Of a stretch of DNA of 20,000 bases, positions 11,705 through 20,000 are shown one piece after another. Below the pieces are notes generated by a model that was not told the origin of the DNA, did no database searches, and saw nothing but the letters and a program-made list of their open reading frames with translations. How positions within the stretch are numbered: position 1 is the stretch's first letter; each line of letters opens with the position of its first letter. The DNA comes from Peribolospora baueri (taxonomy: Eukaryota): NCBI GenBank assembly GCA_029717555.1, contig JAMDHS010000022.1, forward strand, positions 245,580 to 265,579, written 5' to 3'. Position numbers and translations under genes: made by a program.

Positions 11705-11879
11705 GGTTGGCGCGCAGGGTCAAGCGTTGGATGGCGAGGCGAGTATGTAATGAAGAGAGAGGTCCACTCGAGTAATGTCACCAACTTCAGTGCTCTTCTG
11801 CCTCTACCGAATCAGCCAAAAGGTGCGGAGGAGACTTTAGATCGTGCTCCCTTAGATCGTATTCCTTTCTTTTTTTTTT

Positions 11880-11906
11880 NNNNNNNNNNNNNNNNNNNNN
11901 NNNNNN
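11880..11906. other. Assembly gap (27 N) following a poly-T run
   Basis: Run of N characters directly after TTTTTTTTTT. Confidence 0.99.
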
Positions 11907-12263
11907 CGAGTTCATTTCACAGATCATACGCATTTCATACGTATACGTACAGGGAGACAGCAAACCTAAACCTGTGAAGAGATGGAATGTTATGCTGAGC
12001 ACCCCTGAACCGACTCGCTGCCCGAAGAAGACTTTTTGTCATCCCACGTCGCCCGAGGCCCGTGCGCGATCACACACGCCCGGCCCGTGGCCCTCGCCCG
12101 CCGACCGGCCGATGGTCGCACCACCAGCCCGCAAGTTCTCCTCGTATCGTCCTCGTACGCGCCCACCTCTTCCCTCTCACCACATCTCTCCCCGCCATCA
12201 GCCCTCCACGGCGGGCAGAGAGTCCCTTCCGGTTCCCCGCCCCTTCCGTTCTCACTCGTCCAG

Positions 12264-14562
12264 ATGGTCGGGTCGGTCGCACAAGTCGTGTCCCCGTCCA
12301 GCTTCCGCACGATCGGACGGCCATCGTCCTCCGCCATCACGAGCCCCTCGCCGCCCACGTCGACCCACCTTTTCTTCCATGACAGAGATCTCGTCGGCGT
12401 GCAGGGCGCCCGAGAGGTCATCGCCGCGCTCGAAGGGGCCGCCGGTCTCTGTACCAGGCTCACCCTTTCGCACAACCGGCTAGGCGACGACGGTGCACAG
12501 GAGCTATTCCACTACCTTGCTCAGCAGGACAAGGGCGTGAGCGCCTTGGGGCCGAAGCGCCGTCCATCGATCACCCAGCTTGACCTGACGAGCAACCGCA
12601 TCGGCGACGCGGGCTTGGCGGCGTTGGCTCGATGGGTCGAGGGCAACCCGTCGCTCACGCACCTCCTCCTCCCGAACAACAAGATAGGCGTGAGTAGCCC
12701 ATGCACTTGTTCTCGTCCACACGGCGAGGCACTAAGAAATAGATACTGACATCCGCCTTAGGTCATTCCGTCGTCTCGCCACGCAGAGGGACCACGACGC
12801 CCTTCGTTCGTTCATCCACGCCGTCAACCGCTCCACCGTCCGTGTGCTTTCTCTCACATCCAACGACCACCTCGGTACATCTGGCATTCTCACCATTTTC
12901 GCCCACCTCGCCTCCTTCAGCCTCGTCGAGCTCCACCTCTCCGTATGTGGAGCTGGAGGTCCCGACGTCGGGCCCGCTATCGCCTCCTACCTCTCCGACG
13001 CTGGGCCGAGCGCATCTCCGGCCATGCGCGCACGCTCCCGGGTGCGGGAAGGAAGCGGAGGGCAGTTGGGAAGGAGCCGAAAGATAGACGTGCTGAGCCT
13101 CAACGGCAACGACCTCGGCATCGACGGCGTTCTGTCCATTGTGCGAGCGCTCGTAGAGCACAACAGCAGTTTGGTCCACATCGAGCTCTTTGCGACCGGT
13201 GCCAACAGCCCTTCTGAGGCGCAAGGAGGTGCGTCCCAAGGTGCAGCTCAAGGTGTGGGCGCCGGCGCACCCACGGGATTATTGCACCGAACGCGTAGCA
13301 CGTCCTCTCTCTTCATCGGTTGTAATCGCACCAGGAGCAGCAGTATGCGGCACGAAGAAGACCGGAACGTCGGGTCGCCGTACTCGACAAGGGTCGAGGT
13401 GGTTGCCTCGAACTGGAGGGACCTTCTTCTGCGCTCGATGGAGCGGAACAGGGCGATGAGGAAGCTCACCAGGCGGAGGGCTGTCGAGCTCAGAGCCGCC
13501 GCACGGGTGATCGGGTGTGCGGTGGCGGAGGCGTCTCTGCCAGAGAAAGAGGACAGGGTGGCAGATCTTGCAGGGTCGCTCGGGAAGGACGGCGGAGAGC
13601 GTTTGGATCGTCAAACGAGGAAACGAGACTACTTCCCGTTCCTCCGCCTCCCCGTCGAGCTGCGCACCCACATCCTTCGCCTCCTCGATACTCCCTCTCC
13701 CTCCCTCTGGTCGAGCGAGCCGGCGCCTCCCGTCCTGACCGACGACGTGTTTGGCAGCTCCTCTCAAAGCGGAGGCGTTCTCGCTTCCTCCGTCAGCAAC
13801 CACCTCGCGCGGGCTGCTCGCGTGGAGGCGGCGCTAGAGATGCAGGGGCCAGTGTTGAGCCCGGCTCAGTTCCTCAGGGTGCTTTCGTGGTCTTGCGATC
13901 GTTCCACGATCGGATTCGATGGCTCTCATGGCATTCCGAGCCGACGCTCGAGCCGGTGTCCAAGGGCGGGCGAGGCGAAGGTCGGCATCGCGAGTCCTTC
14001 TTCCGGATCTAATATCACCACCGACGCCTCCCAGTCACCCTCGTACGCCTCTACAACACGGCCGCCGGACACTTCTAGCACAGGCCTAGGCGTCGATTCA
14101 TTTGACTGGTCTACCGTCTTTGTTCCCTCCTCCTCTTCTTCTTCTCCCTCCATTCCGGCCGCCAGCGTCGATGCCGAGCCTTCCGCGCAGCCCGCCGAGC
14201 TCCGACTGGCCGCTCTCCGCGATTGGTCCCTCGAGCTTCACGGCCGAACGACCACTTCACCGTACCGGAATGGAAAGGCGACGAAGAGGGGCGGTAGCTC
14301 ATCGCGTGCGAGGGCAGTGGACGCGGCGGTGCGACACGTCGAGACGATGGGCGAGGAGGTGGGCTTCCACCCTGTGGCGGACGCTGTCGGCGTCGCTGGC
14401 ACGATCGGGGAGGGAAGAGCTTTGGTGAAGAAGAAGAGAAGGGAGGAGGGGGCAGGGGAGGACGATGGACGGAGTAAAGGCGACGACGACGACGACGGGG
14501 CGGCACAGACGCAGGCGTTCTTGGAGTGTACCGGATGCGAGCGGTGGGAGTGGTGGCGCTAG
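12264..14562 (+). CDS. RNI-like leucine-rich repeat protein with an internal F-box-like motif, 2 exons
   Basis: Exons: 12264-12689 and 12787-14562 (GTGAGT...GCAG, phase 0). LRR units: LTLSHNRLGDDGA, LDLTSNRIGDAGL, LLLPNNKIG, LSLTSNDHLGTSGI, LHLSVCGAG, LSLNGNDLGIDGV. FPFLRLPVELRTHILRLL lies at 13633-13686. The start codon is uncertain because the ATG sits directly behind a possible acceptor CAG. Confidence 0.8.
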
Positions 14563-14829
14563 ATTCCTCGTTCCGTATGTACTCGTGCAGGAATAATATC
14601 ATCTTTCGCTCAACAGGACGAGCTCAACAGGACGAGGAGAGGCGCTTCACGGGGAAATATGTTGCGGGCTCCTTTCTTTCTCTTCATTTCTATCGATCCT
14701 GTGGCTCTCGTTCGCGAGCTCGTGAATGCGCGGCGGTGATCACCGCGAGCGGCGCAGGCCCGATCATCCGCGCATCCATCCTTCTTCCACGCCGTCACCC
14801 TCCTCGCCAGAAACGTCGGACACGATACG

Positions 14830-17384
14830 ATGGCCCCCTCAGGGCTCACAACTTCGCCTCAGCAAGGTCCACCACCACCGGATCCACCGGCATCGCATCC
14901 TGCTTCCAAGTCGCTTCCCCGCCAGCCCGACGAAAGCAAGCAGCCAGACCCGCCCTTCCAATCTCCGCGAGTGCGAACATGGATCGTCCTCGCCTTCTGG
15001 GTCGTCGTCGCCTTCGCTCTTCCGGGCTGGTGGAGGCTCACTACGATCGAGAGGTTGGCGCTGCCTGTCGGGAGAGTGGAGGCTTGGAAAGGGGAGGGAA
15101 AGGGGGTGAGTGAAGCCGCGTTGGGTTTATGCTTCCCGCCCGTCGGTCGTGCGCTTGGAATGACCGCTCGAGGACTTCCGTCCCCCCCGCTTTTCTCTCG
15201 TCTTCATCGTTATCCGCGCGCCCTTGACCTGATCGCCCCAGAAATGTCCACTCCGTCTGCCCGTCAACATCCAACTCTCCCTTCACTCTTCTCTCACCTC
15301 AGGTAAAGAACGCCCTTTCGCCGGATTGGGCGGCGAGTTGGAGACGCTCCTCTCGACAGAGCTTTCTCGAGCTGGCGGACCCCGGTCCAAGGTTGGCGAG
15401 GAGGACAATTCCTGCTTGGATTTTCGGGTGTCTGTAGGCAACGACGGCAAAGGTGAGGGACGAGACGTGGTGGGCGAGTACGTTGGCAGCAGCTCTCTGG
15501 CCAGTCGGCTTCGCTTACTCGTCACACCGCCGGTTCGGGTTCGGGCCATTCCGCTTCCCCTCTCACGTAGCCTTCTCATCAGAAGCCGAGATTTACACCG
15601 TTCTCGTACGGGATCTTCCCCCCGGTCATGAGCCACGAGCGAAGGTGGTGCAAGGCAGGACGCTAGAGGTCTACGTCACCCCTGGTACAGGAAGCCTCGG
15701 TGCGTACGACCCCGCCTTCCCATTATCCCCGTTTTATTCCTTATCATCTTCATCGTCTTCGCAAGGTCTTCTTCTTGCAAGCCCATCTACTGACGTCCTT
15801 TTGCACAATTCTCCCCCCTCCCTGAACATCACTTTAGCGGATCTCCCTCGTACTGTTTCCTCTCACCTCGCCCCCCTCTTGCGGCTCCACCCGCGAAGGG
15901 CTGACCCTAGAGTGGTCAAGTTCTCCCCCTCTTTCCGGCTCGTGTTCAGTCTGATGAATGAAGATGTTACCAGGGGTGGGGGTCCGACGGGGTGGGAGGT
16001 TGAGGACGCCATTCGAGGTGAGTGAAGCAGGCCGGCCCGGGTCATCTCACAGACGGAGCAACTATGAGGACGGCTTTGAGGGATTGACGCATGCCTTCAA
16101 TTGACCCCTTCCCTCTTCAGTTCAAATACAGCCTTTCCTAGAGCGTCTCGGCTCCTTGCACAACTTCACCGTTGAGAGTCAAGTCCAGTATTACGCTCCT
16201 CTCTCGTTCGAGCCCCACCGATACCCCCCACTTCCCTCAGCCTCACTTCAGGAAGGCGAGGACGGAGATGACAGTGTGGAACCTGGTTTGGTACCGGATG
16301 AGGCAACTTCGGCCGAGCCAGTGCAGTTCTGGTATCTCGAAGTCGAGCAGCTCAAAACGTTTGTCAGCTCTGCAGAATGGAGCCTGGGTGAGCGAACGGA
16401 CCGAATTGCTGCGAAAGCGTCTTTGCTCTCCTAGAGCCGATCGTCCCGCATCCTGATCACGCGTCCGTGCTCCCCTTTCCGCCGCGTCAGCCTCGCCCAT
16501 GTCGAGCGAGCCCGTCTTGCATTTCATTCTATATGTCCCGGCGGCAGACCGACGACCATTACGTCTTCGTGCCGCGGACGGCACCTTGACCAACACCTCT
16601 GCGTTCCTCGTTCCTCAATGGGGCGGCGTGATGATCTATCACCCTCATCCTGAGGATGGCTCTTCATCCGACCTGGGAATGGGGTCGTCCCTCAAAAGCT
16701 CACAGCTCGCCGAACCGATGTCCATCCTGCTGGCTCAACTTCGCACCCTGCTCGGCATGCCCTCGTCGCGGTCCGCCTCCGCGCTCTCAACTTCGCTCGC
16801 CGCCGACTCCGAAGTCGATGGACTGGAGGAGTGGGTGTTGGACGCGCTGATGCGTTCGAGGACGCTCGACAACGCGAGAGAGAGCGCCGACACTCTGGCG
16901 AGTATCGTCAAGCTCGTCGCTGGGATTGGTAACATGCGCGTCGGTACTGAGGTCAGGGACGATGTACGGGGGGCGCTGGACGAGCTGGACAAGGTGGGTA
17001 GAAATAAACATGTCGTGCTTCTCGTCTCTTCGCCCACTTCGCCTGAAACTCACCGGCCTCGTTGACGGTTTCATCTCGCGCATCCCATGCCCTCCGTCGC
17101 TCCGCACATAGACCGCCGCTGCGCTCCGAACTTCGCTACCCCTTGCCTTCGCCCACTCGTCGTCGGCCCATGCTCTCTCCTCTCGCGCCTTCTTCCACCC
17201 AAGCATGCTCGGCCTGCTCTACTTCCCCGACGAGCACAAGTATGCGGTGTACACGCCGCTGTTTGGGCCCATCACCGTGCCTCTGATAGTAGCATTGGCA
17301 AAAGAGGTAAAAGAATGGAGGGAGAGGCGGAAAAGGAGGCCAGGAGCGAGAGCGGAGGGTGAAGGGAAGGAAAAGACGGAATAG
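14830..17384 (+). CDS. GPI17: GPI transamidase subunit PIG-S/Gpi17, 7 exons
   Basis: Exons: 14830-15105, 15242-15452, 15571 (or 15583)-15699, 15838-16017, 16121-16387, 16491-16993, 17112-17384. Motifs include the N-terminal TM plus LPGWWRLTTIERLALP, HNFTVESQVQYYA, PVLHFILYVP, AFLVPQWGGVMI and RAFFHPSMLGLLYFPDEHKYAVYTPLFGP. The protein ends KEKTE, a KxKxx ER-retrieval signal. Confidence 0.93.
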
Positions 17385-17413
17385 CCCCCGCCCCCCCCCC
17401 CCCCCCCCCCCCC
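17385..17413 (+). repeat. Poly-C tract (C5-G-C23)
   Basis: Directly visible immediately after the GPI17 stop codon. Confidence 0.95.
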
Positions 17414-17527
17414 GGCGGAACGAATGGTCCTGTTTCCCTCCCGGTAGACTTGCCTCTTTTTGATCTCATCTCGCAATATATCCAGAGCCGGTCGTCACAC
17501 GTGTCTATCAAATTGTCATCAAAAGAA

Positions 17528-19225
17528 TCATGTCTTCTCGGTTCCCTTTCCCGTTCCCTTTCCCGCTCCCGTTCCCGTCGCAGGCTTGTGTGCGGTGACT
17601 ATGACGAACCTCACGATGAGGCTTGTCTTCCACCACCGGAGCACTTTCGCAAAGCCGTCGTACTCCTCCCACTGAGGCAGGCTGGAGATCCAGTCGAACG
17701 TCCACTCTGGCTCGATCCCATCTTTCTCTTCCTCCTCTTCCTCATCCTCTTCTTCTTCTTCTACTTTTGTGGCTCGCTCGTGGCTACGGCCGCCGACGGC
17801 GTCTTGGGCTCTTCGCTCCGAATTTGCTTCCCCTCCTTGACGGCCGTCGAACGAGCGTCCTCGCCCTCGCTGTTCAATCCATCCGGCCAGACCGCCAAAG
17901 ACCTTGGCGCTGATGTCCTCCACAACGACGCCATCAAAGCCAACCTCGCGCAACGTCGATACGTAGTCCTCGATGGGTATGAGGTTGGCGCGTGGGGTCC
18001 GGGAGAACAGGCAGACTAGGCGGAGAAGGAGTCGGTCAAAGAGCTTGGGTCGACGCCAGTTGTGGTCGGTTGGAGAGACGGAGGAAAATCGAAACCCTTT
18101 TCCGGAGCTTGGGGTCGTCGGGCGCGGATCCTTGCTGCGCTCGACATTCGCCTGGGAGGGGTATGGCCAACCAAGAACAAGGTCCGCGAGGGCGATCCTC
18201 CCTCCGGGCTCCAGTCTGCGAAAGGCCTGCTGGAGAAAGTCAGTGCGGGTCGAGAAGTGGTAGGCGCAATCAAGGGCAAGTACGGCAGTGAAAGGGGGCA
18301 GAGAAGAGGAAGGAGAAAGAGGGTGGAGGACCGGATGGCGGGTAACGTCCTGCGAGAGGGATGGTTGGGCAGAGCGGACATTTAGCGAGGATGAAGACGA
18401 CCGGGAGGGCGTGCCCCGGTACACGGCATCCCCTAGAAACAACTCCATGTCTCCTGCGAGCTCGTTTGTTGATGTAGGGCCATCACCGTCACGTCTCTGC
18501 CTCCGTAAGCGCTCAACGGCGACGGCGTGGTGAGAAGCAGAAGAGGTGATACCCGCGAGCGAAGCGGGCGCATATCGAGAGGAGAAAAAGAGAAGCGAAT
18601 CGCCGCAGCCGAAGCCTACATCTGGAGGGAAAGATGAATGAAATACGTGGGCTCATTAGGCGCGAGCGCGAGCGCCTTGCGGGATACGATACCACGTTGG
18701 CACGGCTACACCCACCGAGGACCCGATCCTCGGGCGCCACAGCTACGGCTTGGGCGAGCCTTTGAGCAAGAGCTGCAAAAAAAAAAGTACACAACATGGT
18801 CACCCGCGTCAAGATCAGCAGTTCGTCTCCAGAGACGGCAGAGGTCAATCTGCTGGTGGCACGGAATGGCCAGCACAGCGTTGATGAGCTGCTCACTTCG
18901 ACATGCCGTAGGGAAGTCACTGCCGTCCTGTCATCGGCGCGTAGTGGTGAGCCAAAGCGCAACGGCTGGCCCGATTCTAGAGAAGGGGCCGACGACTCAC
19001 TTCCCAATAGCCCATGTTCAACCACAGCGTCCTCACGCCCTTCGACCTTGCTTTTCTTCTGACCTTGTCCTCGCCAGTCACGTTCAGCAAGGCGTGTTCG
19101 AAACCGTACACCTCTGCCTCTCCCTTCCGCCTCCACATCCTCGAACCAAGTACGCGGAAGAGGGGGGCATGAGCCAGCCAAAGGCCCGCGAAGAAGGCCA
19201 GGATGAGGATGAGACTTGAGACCAT
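17528..19225 (-). CDS. Class I SAM-dependent small-molecule methyltransferase with N-terminal hydrophobic anchor, 4 exons
   Basis: Exons: 19225-19001, 18927-18897, 18772-18716, 18621-17528, all phase-consistent. Protein: MVSSLILILAFFAGLWLAH (signal/TM), WLNMGYWEDGSDFPTACRTLAQRL, motif I RVLDVGFGCGDS, VLALDCAYHFSTR, RLEPGGRIALADL and GFDGVVVEDIS. Confidence 0.88.
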
Positions 19226-19720
19226 TTGCTGTCGGCCTCTGACGAGGTGGCAAGAATTTCCGTGATCGTCGTCAGACGCGGCGTTGAATTATCTGTCGCT
19301 CCATTTCGATCACGCGCGTTGCTCCCGTCTGGCGGTTAGGAAGGTGCGACTGACGAGTAGCATCCAACTGGCGAGGTTTGAAATTCATCTCAGATGAATC
19401 ACGCTTTATCAACTGCAAATATAAAACGAATCCACAGCCTTGGAGACATCCTCTCGAAACCCAACAAGAAAGACCACCGAGGTGTGTGGTAAGCGTGTCA
19501 GGTTGTCTTATGACCCTAGCCCCAACGAACCGGCACGCTCGTCACAGCCGTAGGGGAGGCGAGGATGATGATGGGATAACGATGGGGAAAGAAGAAGGAG
19601 AAGGAGAGGCACACGACCAAGGAAGAGAGCACAGCAGAGGAAGAGGTGCCAAACAGAGACGATGCGACGCGACGCAACGCGGCGAGACCATGGCAGCCGT
19701 GTCAGATGATGCAGCGCACA

Positions 19721-20000
19721 TCAACGACGGTTGAAAAACTCCGCCGGCAGCACAAGATCTACGCACAAGTTCTTGCGGACCTGCTCAGCTTGACTTCCAA
19801 AGTACCTCCTGCACTCAAAGCTGCATTACAACGCGCCAACACCTCTTAGCGTCCACATCTCCATTCAAAACCCAATCAAGAAGAGGATCAACGCAGCCGA
19901 CTCACCTCCAGCTCACGGTGCCCGTGACGATCTCCTTGCAGCCCTCGATAAAACGCTCGATCTGCGCGTCCGTCTTGGTGTCTCCGGTGCGCGGCACGCG
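19721..20000 (-). CDS. Class I terpene cyclase (fungal sesquiterpene-synthase-like), 3' end only; gene extends beyond the window
   Basis: Exons: 20000-19906 and 19820-19721 (GTGAGT...GCAG intron, phase 2). Translation: RVPRTGDTKTDAQIERFIEGCKEIVTGTVSWSFECRRYFGSQAEQVRKNLCVDLVLPAEFFNRR*. It carries the WxxxxxRY motif and the WSFExxRYFG...V tail typical of basidiomycete sesquiterpene synthases. The DDxxD and NSE motifs would lie outside the window. Confidence 0.82.

Noticed and set aside
17540..17580. Hexamer repeat (NNNCCC)n resembling a telomere-like array
   Set aside because: It encodes the GTGAGKGTGKGT tail of the methyltransferase. It is short, imperfect and not TTAGGG.
18440..18621. Apparent truncation or frameshift of the methyltransferase (track ORF starts at 18448 without motif I)
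   Set aside because: The frame stays open up to the acceptor at 18622 and includes DVGFGCGD, so the gene is intact and not a pseudogene.
18513..19253. 246-aa minus-strand ORF overlapping the methyltransferase 5' end
   Set aside because: It runs through introns in a mostly non-coding frame. Only the 57-nt exon 3 shares its frame with the real protein.
19655..19690. (GACGC)n-like pentamer run
   Set aside because: Short imperfect microsatellite in the cyclase 3' UTR. It has no spacers and is not CRISPR-like.

Overview
Gene-dense, GC-rich, intron-rich fungal genomic DNA. It is most likely a basidiomycete, judging from the short GT-AG introns (about 66-160 nt) and the protein sequences. Splicing by eye gives seven complete genes and one partial gene. 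In order: EXO1 (-), SMD1 (+), condensin YCS4/CND1 (-, 19 exons, one GC-AG intron), SEC62 (+), an RNI-type LRR protein with an internal F-box-like motif (+), GPI17/PIG-S (+), a membrane-anchored class I SAM methyltransferase (-), and the last two exons of a class I terpene cyclase (-). The terpene cyclase is absent from the ORF track and lies about 495 bp upstream of the methyltransferase on the same strand. This pair is the best candidate for an undescribed system (possible methylated or non-canonical terpenoid biosynthesis). There is one 27-N assembly gap. No mobile element, RNA gene or CRISPR array was seen. All gene models are manual, and no database searches were run.
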